Of a stretch of DNA of 64,000 nt, positions 39,383-50,051 are shown one piece after another. Position 1 is the stretch's first letter. Every line of letters starts with the position of its first letter. Made by a program: the position numbers and the translations under genes. Source of the DNA: Fistulifera solaris (taxonomy: Eukaryota); assembly GCA_030295235.1 (NCBI GenBank), contig AP026129.1, forward strand, positions 496,001-560,000, read 5' to 3'. A model generated the notes under the pieces. That model was not told the origin of the DNA, ran no database searches, and was given only the letters and a program-made list of their open reading frames with translations.

Positions 39383-40167
39383 ATGAAGCTAAACGCCGAC
39401 TTTCAAGCTTTCGCGGCTACACATTTTGATGCCGAGCAATATGTGGCATCGCCAGCGTACGGCGTTAATCGGTTCTTATTGGATCGGATCGGCGACGAGA
39501 AAGCTCGAGCCACTACCATTGTCACATATAAGCCCAACTCTACGTTCCCAGAACATCAGCACATTGGAGGAGAGGAATTCTTAGTCTTACAAGGTACATT
39601 TCACGACCAATTCGGGTCGTTCCCCGCGGGCACCTATGTGCGCAACCCGGTCGACAGCGTCCACGCGCCGTGGGTGGAAGACGATGGCTGTACCATTTTG
39701 TGAAATTGCTGCAAATGGCGGAAGAGACCGAGACGGATGTGAAACCATTATATGTAAACTGGGAAAAAGCCAAAAACAGCTCGGAAGCGCAGATTACGGC
39801 CTACGGAGTACAAGTGCAAATGTATCACAATGCTCACACAGGTGAACGGGTACACATGTGCTGGATTGACGCTGGAAAGGAACTGACAGTCGAGGAAGAA
39901 TGGTGTTGCGGTGGTGAAGAGTTATTTGTCATCTCTGGATCAGTCCTTGCTTCCAAGCAAGGTCAGGCAGAAAATGAACAAGAAGAATACCACGAATGGG
40001 GCTGGTTGCGATATCCACCTAGTGCAAGCCGTTCTGCTGTTACGGCAGGTAGACAAGGGGCGGTACTTTATTGGAAAACAGGACATTTGACGTCCAAGGC
40101 CTTGTCACTTGAGAAAATACAAATCAACCCAGAGAGTGAAAAGGTCGTAGTCCCTAATGACCATTGA
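39383..40167 (+). CDS. ChrR-like double cupin protein (Cupin_7), bacterial-like
   Basis: LLDRIGDEKARATTIVTY...FPEHQHIGGEEFLVLQGTFHD...PAGTYVRNP..SVHAPW...GCTI(F)VKL. Second cupin GGEELFVISGS...WLRYP. One frameshift at ~39700; no introns. Confidence 0.88.
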
Positions 40168-40642
40168 AACTCTTCCAGACAAAATAAAAGGAACGGTTCA
40201 AACTGATCAGATCGGTATCGACTGTAATTTTTGTTCATTTATTGTAGAGTAGATTGCATGTTTGCAACTTAAGTGGTGAAGGGTGAAGCTGGCGTGTCAC
40301 GAAGCGAATTAATGGTTCGGCCCATCTAATTCTATCGTGAATTATCGTGAATCAAAGCGATGCTACAAATAAATAATATAAATAATATGGAATACTATAG
40401 TTGGGAGAACCAAAACATCACAGTAACATATATTGTTGTCTTGGTTCTGACCGTTAGAATGATTTTTCGATGCGGTCCTCAACGCTATCTACACTGCGAC
40501 ATGTCGCCAAATACATTGTTTCGAACGTTGAGCTCACTTTTTTGGTGCTCACAATCAAACGTCGCCTACTGTGTCGATCGCTGCACGATCCTCTTCATTA
40601 CACTCGCTTCACACGTTCAACATCGACAAAAGAAACGTTACC

Positions 40643-43033
40643 ATGCCGAAGTTTAGAAACATACCGTTGCGAAAAGGGAAGAAGCTCTATCCGAATGTCT
40701 TAGACGACGACTCGATCGTTGGACCGGAAAGCTCGACAGGGAGCATTTTTACCGGCTCTGCCATGTCGAGCAAAGTGCAAACCCCAAAATTCTCTAGCAA
40801 GAACCTACTTTTGAGAAGAAACGATGAATACAGTGTTGACGCTTCGGAGGAGGAGTCGGTCGATTCGGTCAAGCCGGTAAAACACAACTCAAAGGTGCAA
40901 ACAGAAACGAAATTTGCTCGAGAAGAAGACTCAATTGGATTTTCAGTAGACTCCTATGGACTCCCCGTTATGAAAATGGGCAGAGTAAGGCAGCGTGGAG
41001 CAATGATCGGCGGTTTGCCAGTGGACGACTCTCACACAGAAAAGCAAACTGCGAAGGAGTCTCAAGAATACGATCTAGAAAAAGGATCCGAGTATCCTCC
41101 TGCGCCTCCAAAATCCTTGTGGCAGCAACGAAGCGATGAAGTAATGCCTGTTCAGTCGCAACACCGAAGGGACTCCGGTACTTCTAAGCCGCCGCGCAAA
41201 GTATCCGCAGTGTGGATCATCATGGGCGTCACCACCATCCTAGTTATTGGAGCAGTGGTTGCTGTGGCGATCGCGGTTTTTGGAGGTGACAACAGCAATG
41301 AAAGCAAGCAAGTCCCTGTTGTCTTGACCCAGCGCCAGGAGCGACTGAAGGAAATCGTGACCACTGTTTCCGGCGCTACGATCATCGAAGATCAATCAAC
41401 TCCTCAAGGAAAAGCAACCAACTGGCTCTTATTTGACGACCAGTTGTGGTTGATACCAGGACAGGGGACGTCAGATGAACGCGTCATTCAAAGATATGCT
41501 CTTGCTGTCTTCTTTTTGCCACTGGTGAGTCGGCAGCTTTAAGAGAAGGAGGATGGCTCAGTGGAGATGAGTGTGCAGCAAAACCCTGGACTGGCTTAAA
41601 TTGTTATCCGAACGAGCACCTTGTCCGTAGCTTAGCAATCGGTAAGTTTCATTTGCCACGTCTGTTTTGCTATTGTTACATGTCCTAGAGCTAGATACTA
41701 ACCGCTTTGATTGTAGATCGCAAGAATCTCAAAGGCACTATTCCAGATGAAATTGGCCATCTAACCAAGATGCAGAATTTTATCATCAAGAACAACGAAG
41801 GTATCACCGGAAGTATTCCTAAAACAATTGGTAACTTGAAGGATCTCAGACAAATCGGAATCTACTTCTGTAACCTTGAAGGATCAATCCCCGAGGAAGT
41901 TTTTGCGGCGACCAAGCTCGAGTACATCAACTTTCAAAACAACAGTCTCGCGGGTAATCTTCCCACGAAGATTGGAGAGCTAAAATCCCTTCATACGCTC
42001 GTGCTTAACACCAATAAAATTGAGGGACAGGTACCACTCGATACGATGGCAGGTTCGTCCCTAAAGTTTTTGGGGCTAAGTGAAAATGCTTTGACGGGAA
42101 GTATAGGCGAAGTAGTTGGCAAGCTCAGCAGCTTGGAATATCTACATCTCGAGCGAAACAAGTTTGAGGGTACACTTCCATCTTCCCTGGGCAGCATCAC
42201 GACGTTGAAATCTCTGAGTCTCGACCACAACAAGTTCTCTGGAGGTCTACCTACCAGCCTCCAAAGTCTTGAGCAACTCGAATACTTTTCTGCTCAATCA
42301 AACTCTTTAGAAGGACCTATTCCTGAAATTGTTGGATCTATGAAGGCATTGAAAACGATCAATCTAGATTCGAATGCTTTTACAGGAAGTGTACCAGACT
42401 TGACAAGCTTGGTCGATCTCCAGCACCTCCTCCTTTCACGGAACAGCCTAAAAGGTCCGATTCCGAGTGCGGTGACCCAACTAAAAACGTTAGGTATGTT
42501 GACAGCAGCGCTGATCACGGTCACCTTTGCCTATCCATCCACAACACTCACGTCTTTTTCCTTTGCGCCATTCAGAGACTGTCTTTTTGAGCTCGAACGA
42601 TTTCACCGGTTCAATACCTGAGTTTAGCGGCACTTATCAGATCCGTGGGCTTTACCTTTCTGATAACAAGTTAAGCGGTACTATCGCTCAAAGCATCTGC
42701 ACTTTGACAAGTTTGGAAGCGATATTCTTAGACGAAAATCAATTGGAAGGAGGCATCCCCGATTGTATCGGAAACCTGAGTAAATTACAGCAGCTCCATT
42801 TGTTCAACAACAAGCTGTCTGGGGATATCCCCGTCGATGCTATGACTGCATTACATGAGTTGGATAGCCTAGGCCTCGAAAGCAACAGTGGTCTGCAAGG
42901 AGATATTCCGGAAGAGTTCTGCGAGAAATCTTCCACACCAATCGAGATTTGGGCCGACTGCGGTGGAGGCGCGTCGGCGGCTGTTTCGTGCCCCTGTTGT
43001 TCCGTGTGCTGCCCTTCTGATGAATGTACCTAA
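40643..43033 (+). CDS. type-II membrane leucine-rich-repeat protein (diatom LRR family)
   Basis: Disordered N-terminus, TM helix, TPQGKATNWL...IQRYALAVF cap, many LxxLxLxxNxLxGxIP repeats, C-terminal ADC...CPCCSVCC. Introns 41642-41718 and 42494-42576. Confidence 0.93.
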
Positions 43034-43291
43034 GATTAGAAGGAGTGTTGTTCCACTAGCGCTACGCGGTTACTTACTACGATCCTGACCTTCTGATGTC
43101 CTCTCTTTCGTGAACGAGACGAACTAATGGCATCAGCTCAAGGATCTTAATCGAGCCAAACAATCATGCGACACAACTTCTCCAGCCTCTACATAATGTG
43201 CGTGGATAATAATTAAATGTGAACAACATTATTGGTGAATATAGCGAATTGAACTAGTGAATATCGTGTACTAACTACCCTTCGTGCGCCG

Positions 43292-43489
43292 TCAAATAGG
43301 GAACAAGCTATTTGCAATCCTTATTTCTTCCCACTCCTCTTCGGACCACACCTGAGGGACTTCTTCCGCTTTCAAACTAGCGACAACTACGGCAGGCTGA
43401 CTCGTCGCTTGCTTTTGCGCCGTGGCCGATTTTAAAGGCGGTCTTCTGAGAAAGAAGCTTTGGATGCGTTTGAAGGTGCTGCGAATCAT
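43292..43489 (-). CDS. putative small protein (65 aa)
   Basis: MIRSTFKRIQSFFLRR...WSEEEWEEIRIANSLFPI. Protein-like composition, but ORF evidence only. Confidence 0.4.
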   Translation of the reverse strand: MIRSTFKRIQSFFLRRPPLKSATAQKQATSQPAVVVASLKAEEVPQVWSEEEWEEIRIANSLFPI

Positions 43490-43902
43490 AGCTACTTCCT
43501 GTGTTAACACGGAGGTCTAATCAATTGAAGGAAAGCGTGGTGTGTGTTTGTATTCTCTCTGATTTTTTTAATGATGGATGATCAACGAGAGTTTGGCTTG
43601 ACACCTTCCGACGAAATGCGAACCCATTAAATTCTTTCACGAATGAGCTGGACACGTTAAGGTCCCCACGATTTCCGACCCCATCAAAGTTCAATGAGAC
43701 GCATTTCAACCATTTCTAGGCCGCTACAGACGATTGCACACTATATCAGTCAATAATGAAAGTATTTTTTGTTGTTGATGTCTATCACATTATTCGTTAT
43801 CATTATTGCGAGTTTGGCAAGTCGAAACATTCGCCGCGTTAATGATCGATGCTTTGTCAAAGTGCAGACTGCTCAAAATCGAGTTTTAAGAGTAGCTTTG
43901 AG

Positions 43903-44076
43903 TCATTTCATTGGGCTTTCCTCGCTTGGTTTCGGCTGATTTTTCGGATGCTGCTTGTCATGAGCATGCTGGTTTGGTCGGTGTGGATGATGCTCTCGCC
44001 ACCAACGACCCAGCTCCTGCATGCCATACGATGTAGGGTAGTGTTGCATAGGAATGACACCAGAAAGGTACACCAT
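43903..44076 (-). CDS. putative small protein (57 aa)
   Basis: A-rich leader and AAAATGG start context. MVYLSGVIPMQHYPTSYGMQELGRWWREHH... Confidence 0.4.
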   Translation of the reverse strand: MVYLSGVIPMQHYPTSYGMQELGRWWREHHPHRPNQHAHDKQHPKNQPKPSEESPMK

Positions 44077-44788
44077 TTTCTTCTTCTTTGTGTGAAATAG
44101 ATTGGTATTTTTGTTTGTTAATTTTATGAGAGAAAGATGATTGTTGTGAAAGGGTTTTCGGTGACACATGGGAGGGGCGGAGAACGAGAACGTGAAGAAG
44201 AGGTTCGAATTTGGTTCGTGTTCGTGGGGTTCGGTTTCTTTGGCTACTATTTAGCTGATACAGGCACGACACATAAGAACGTTCATGTTCTTCAAGTTTT
44301 TCGTCGCAACCCGAACCAAGTTATCCACCAACCTTCATCTATCAAAGCCTCCCCCTCAAACCGAAGTCAACAGGCATCAGTAGGGTCCAATGCAACCGAA
44401 TGCAATGCACCGTATGAATGAGATGCAAAAGGACCGCAATTGCTCTGCATTACTATGATGTCTTTCGCTAAGAAGGGCAAGCAAACGGCGCTCCAAGTTC
44501 AAGCCGTCAGACGGACGTTTCTAGTGCCATTCCACTCTAAATTCGAGGCCGCCCTTCTAAATGTATTCTAGGAATCGGACTCAGATTACTTTCCTATAAA
44601 ACATCTAATCAAACTTATGTAAAATTGTCGAAATTATAGATCCATTAAGATCAGTCCCTTCGCGTCGCTAGAGAGCTCAAGAAGGCTTCAGCGACTGTTC
44701 CCCCATCGCATTAATACTGCAACACAGGAAGGGCACAGGGATCTCCATACTCCTGTTTGAACAAAAAAGACAATTGCAAGGGCAGTGG

Positions 44789-45092
44789 TCAGAGGCTTAG
44801 CTGAAGAGAAAAGTGAGAAGCAACACGGAGAGAACGGACGCAACGATTGACGGACTTCTGAGTTTGGCACTCGCAGTCTCAAAGAAAAAAAGAACTCAAT
44901 CGCACTTACATCGAGCACCAGATAGTCCCAAGTCTCAATAGGTTTAGGAGTAGGATTTGGATTCGTCATCGTGGCTTGGCTAGACACAGTGCGTGCATTC
45001 GCCCCAACACCACGTCGAGTAGCCGTAGAGACTTTGTCGGCAGCTCCGCGACCACCAGCACGAAGCGTCGGGAAGAAGGCGGTGAATACCAT
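44789..45092 (-). CDS. putative spliced microprotein (~64 aa) ending WDYLVLDLSL*
   Basis: Canonical GTAAGT donor at 44909 and pyrimidine-rich TTTTCTCTTCAG acceptor at 44801. The second exon is CTA AGC CTC TGA. Confidence 0.55.
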
Positions 45093-46405
45093 GGTGGACG
45101 TTGAAACGAACTTTGGCAGTTTTTTGTATTTCTATTCGATGTAAACAAATCGTTCGCTTTTTTTTTATGAAGGGGAAAAAGGCGATCTTTCGGGACGATA
45201 AAAATAATGGTTCTTTTGTGACAGGGTTCTCATTTTCTCAAGAAATCATTTTGTGTATCTTCTACAGTACCAGGTACGTTCTGACATCCTTTGAAAAAAA
45301 TCTTCTCATCGCCTCGTCCTCTGAATGCATTCGACAAACTGCTGCCGACGTGGGCAAACGAATCCATGTTCAAGCCACAATCATAGCATGGAATTCAGTA
45401 AACAAATATCCAGTGTCCCCTCATTATGACCCACCATCGGCCGTTCCGAACCAACACATAGAATATACCAGCCGCGTAGCCCGTGGCTGAGTGGGACGAA
45501 ATCATCGCCACGTGCGGATTGGGGAATTTCCTCCCGTTCCCGAATCTGGTGCATATAACAAATCTGAAAGAAAGGTGAGATCTCATACATGCCAACGACT
45601 GACTGCACTACCCCATCACTCAGACGGAAATTCGTAAATTAACGTTGAGTACGTTATGTTCACTTTACACAGAATTCAAGAGAAGGGAAATATGAAACCG
45701 ACCAGCAACATTTCTCACTAGATGCGCCAAATCACTGGCTTTGCTTCCTTGCTCGTCGTAGATGTTCTAGTCAACTAACATGTCACCGGCTCCATCTTCT
45801 CCGACCGCTTCGTCGCGCTAGCTTTACTGCCCCATTATATACTGTTTTTAAAGCCTGTCGCTGCTTTACCGGGATAGTCCTTGACGATGATTCAAAACCT
45901 TTTCTTTTCTCTAGTTCGAGTAGAGACGACGAGGGTCTCTAGCGCTGTATCACCGACAGTGTCGTCCTTTCTGAAGTTCAACATAAAAGAGAGATTTATG
46001 TAGGAAGTTATGAATAATGTTGAATCATTCGTTTGAATAATTAAGCAAAGATCGTGCCTGTCGATCATTCTCGCCTTTATTATTATTCAAGCATTATTTA
46101 TTTCGCGTTGCGTTATTGCGTTTTTGCACAATAAATAATAACAACGGAGCCACAATAACACTTCAACGCACATCGATTAGAGTTGGAGGAAGGGGTGGAG
46201 ATTTTTTCACTATACTTCAGAAAGTGGCCTCGATAGCTTGCTTCCACGTTTCAATGGTTTCGTCATTCCGCCGTGTTCCTGCCAGCAGCTGGATCGTATC
46301 TTGGAGGTGTCATATTCTCAATTGCTACCATCAGTCTTTCATGAAATACAAACAGTCGAATTATTATCTCGAATCATGTTGCGCCTAGCAGCGAAACGAA
46401 AAGGA

Positions 46406-47237
46406 ATGAAAACGTATCGAAGAAAGAAATTGTTGTTTACCGCAGCAGCAGCGGCTCTTTCGACTCACGCGCAGGCGTTCGTGGTGTCACCCCCATTGTC
46501 TCCCCCGCACAGCAATTCGCACGGACGTCGTTTCTTATCATTCGCTTCAATCGCGTCGCTTCTCATCCAAAGATGAAGGGATATTGGGAGGTTTGAAGAA
46601 AATGGCGAAAAAAGTTCTCCCGAGTAGCTGGTTTCAGTCGGAGCAAGAAAAGAAAGCGGCGATAGAGCGGAAACGAGTCAATGATGAGTTTCAAGGAGGA
46701 CTGCAAGAAATGCTAAAAGATGCACCTTTGCCTATACGAATGGTGGGAAGCATGGTGGCTCCCATGATTTCGAGTGCCATGTCCGGTTTGGCGGAAACGA
46801 TGGCCGAACAGCAACAAGCGGTTTCGAATGTGCAAGAGGATGCCAAGGCTTACCTGTTGGCGGATCCGGCGGTGGCGCGGCTTTTGGGAGACGGTCCCAT
46901 TCAATTAGGTGCGCCGTTTTCTCAATCGAGCAGCACTTCGTCGATCAATGGAAAGACTACGTCAAAGGTGGAAATCGCGTTTCCTGTACAAGGATCCATG
47001 GCATCGGGGATCGTCCGAGCGTCTTCGGCCAATGGTACATTGCAGCAACTGATTTTACAAGCATCCGGAACTTCTATTGCTGTTAGCTTGTCAAGTAGAA
47101 CGCCGCGGACGTCGTCGTTCCGATCGGGGAAAACCAACAACAAGGGCAGAGATGATATCATTGAAGCAGAGATTATTGACAAAACACACAGCGCTAGAGA
47201 GGATCCCCTGCTAGCGTTTAATTATAGTGAAAAATAG
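46406..47237 (+). CDS. plastid-targeted hypothetical protein, possible Coa1/Tim21-like C-terminal domain
   Basis: Signal peptide plus AQAF. Frameshift near 46560. LGAPFSQ...INGK...IAFPVQGSMASG. Confidence 0.65.
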
Positions 47238-47526
47238 GTAAAAGTAGAGAATTAAAATCGCTTAATTTAGTTGCTTGATGCTTTTTTAGACAGGGAACCC
47301 CCGACTCGCAATTTGCTATGTTGTGGCCCATATTCTTGCAATGTGGCGCACTGAATGGTTTTCCGACTCAAAGGCGATGAGCTAGGCGTTTAAAGCCGAG
47401 TCCGATAAACATGCGCTGACTAAATGTGACAATGACATTTGAGCTAATATGAAGATATTTAAATATTACATGCAAGTTTAAGTTGGCTACCTGAGGATTT
47501 TGCCGTTCGACTTTACTTCGTCTTGA

Positions 47527-48959
47527 TTACGAAAACTCGCGATCCGGAAATACGCGTGGCGCGATCAAAGTCCAAATGTACAATCCCATCGCGAACCACT
47601 GACTGATACCAATCATTGCCATGTTGACCCGGCCGATCATGGGATTTGCAGCACTGGCTTCACTTTCAAGACTTCCCCATCCTGTGAGCGTCATGGCAAC
47701 CCAGCACGAAATGAGCGCCATGACCACATTAAGTTTCCATGTATCCTTAGGAAATGACTCATTTTCAATGTGTTGCTCAGTGACGAGTCCAGATGTGACC
47801 TGAGAATCTGGCTCGAGAAACGGGACGTCTAAGTTTGTGCCCTGGACCTGGGAAGGATTACTGCTTGCTACAGGCCGCGCCGACTGAACACCATCGACAT
47901 TAAGACGTTCTTCGGCCGTCCATGAAAATCCAGTCCACGCTAAACTTAACGCCGTCAGTGTCAAGCCGATTGCGATACCCCAAGAATCGTTGGTTCCCAA
48001 CGTGGGATTGCATTCCGCGTGTGGATTCTTCGACACCATGCTGTACGCCAAATACGTCGAATACATGCTCATGACACTACTTGTCAATAAACTACCCTCC
48101 GGACCCGACAACTGAATCCCCGTCATGGCTGCAATGCCCACGAGCGTCAAGGAAATGATCCAGTTGTTTCCGGCGCAATCCCCAAAATGCGTGTAGAGCA
48201 AAATAATCCCCGCCAAACTCATTCCGTACAAGCCAATACAAGATGCTACAATCGCATGCAGCCAGACATTACCACTTCCGTATTCGAGACGATCGGCTTT
48301 ATCCGCTCGATCGACCCAATCCTCATTCCAGTTGTACGCCACATCAATAAGAATGATTTGTTGCAATACACAAAAGATCATAGCCCCGAGCCGCGCGAAG
48401 CGCAAAAAGCGACACTGAAGAGCGGTGCACTGGGTACAATCACCGTGGCGAGTAATAAGAGAAAGAAGATACCAAATTTGGACGGCCACACTTCTCGATT
48501 GAGCGTCGGACGACTTTTGGTAGCGACCGCCGCCACACCAAAAAACAAGGTCGACAACGCCATCGGACGATAGACTCCGGCGTGTCCGGCGCATTGCACT
48601 AAATTGTATCCTTGACAAGAATCATACCAAGCGTGATACGTCAATTTTCCCATTCCAGGAAGCCAACGATACATTTTCCAGAGAATGCCACTTTGATTCA
48701 CGATTGCCGGACCGACCGTGTATTGAAACCACAAAGCCATTGCAATGGCTAAACTCAATAAAAGTACGGATCGTTTGCGTCCCGTCGTTCCTTCTCCGGT
48801 TCCGCCCAAACAGGACTGCACGACACTCCCCACCGCGTTGCAGCAGCAATACGTGAGTCCCATTGTCACGGTCGAACTGATCAAGGCACCCTTTTGTAAC
48901 ATAAGTGCGTGTGAGGCAATTAGTTTTGATGCAGACATTGCAGCGCCAAGACTTACCAT
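47527..48959 (-). CDS. SERINC: serine incorporator (SERINC/TMS1)
   Basis: An intron right after the ATG (48891-48956) gives MGALISS...CCC. Also ARLGAMIFCVLQQIILIDVAYNWNEDW, SLLTSS, YLAYS, AMTLTGW, YIWTLIAPRVFPDREFS. Confidence 0.95.
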
Positions 48960-49099
48960 TTGGTTGTGTCAATTAGTTGTGATTTGAACAAAAGAGAATT
49001 ATAGAGAGTTATGATTGACTAATTTTGATGTTTATGTTCTTCTTGTCAACGAGAGATGCCGCAAAAAAGAAGCTGATGACACTCAGACGTAAAAACACC

Positions 49100-49245
49100 C
49101 TCACCCAGATTTTCTGGGAACTTGAAATTCACTCTCCCAGATTTTCTGGGTACGTGAAAACACCACTGAATTTCTATGCAAATGAAGTTATCACATACAC
49201 AGATTTTCTGCCTACTTGAAGAGACCACATAACAGATTTTGAAGA
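49100..49245. repeat. degenerate ~32-bp tandem repeat with core CAGATTTTCTG
   Basis: Core at 49106, 49138 and 49200, partial at 49233, degenerate at 49166. Confidence 0.75.
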
Positions 49246-49397
49246 GCACGCGACAACTGACAACACCATGCTACTGCCCTAGCTTGTTTCTCACTCACAT
49301 GCGCGTCGTTATTCAGTCTTTAAGTCAAATTAATCGTTACAAAGTCATACACGTTTTTACATCCCTCTACTTTTACAAGTAAATTTTCTGTGCACGT

Positions 49398-49848
49398 TCT
49401 TGCTGACGTTTTTTTACGCTAAACAAGCACAGCGTGCCGCATTTTGAGCAGTCGTCAAACGGAATTTCCGACAGACGTTTTTTGCCTAAGCAGAAAATCT
49501 GTGCCGCAATTTTTATTTAGACTAGGCTACCAGCGTAAACGGAAATTCTAGCTGATGTTTTCTGAATGAACAGAAAATCTGTGCCGCCATTTTTGTGTAG
49601 ACCAAGAATCCATAGTCGTAAAACGGAAATTCTGGCTGACGTTTTTTTGCATAAAACAGACACTCTGTGCCGCATTCTGAAATGACGGAAATTCTGGCTG
49701 ACGTTTTTTTGCATCAACAGAAAATCTGTCTCGCATTTTCTGTATTCATTCGTCGAACGGAAATTCTGGCTGACATTTTTTCAATCCGAACAGAAAATCT
49801 GTGACGTACTTCCAGTACAAGAAGTAGTCTTCAGACGGAAATTCTGGC
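49398..49848. repeat. interspaced direct-repeat array: ~52-bp unit ACGGAAATTCTGGCTGACGTTTTTT-N-AACAGAAAATCTGTGCCGCATT with unique spacers
   Basis: Five full units at ~49459, 49539, 49623, 49685 and 49757, plus partial units at ~49398 and 49835. Periods are 80, 84, 62, 72 and 78 bp. Confidence 0.92.
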
Positions 49849-50051
49849 GATTGCCAGCCTCGCCGATTTTGCCGTGGACAACGAGCATGCTTGCGAAGCG
49901 GACGGTCGAGGGTATGGGCTGTAATGTAGAGGTACTTGTTCATGGTAGCTTGTTTCATTCATCGCGCTCCCCGAACGCACCATAATTTTTGATTGCCCTC
50001 GACTCCTCACTATCCATCTTCATCCCTTTGTCTTTCATTTGAATCATTCTC

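Noticed and set aside
49398..49848. Bona fide CRISPR array
   Set aside because: Eukaryotic context, degenerate repeats, variable spacer lengths and no cas genes. Kept as an interspaced repeat array instead.
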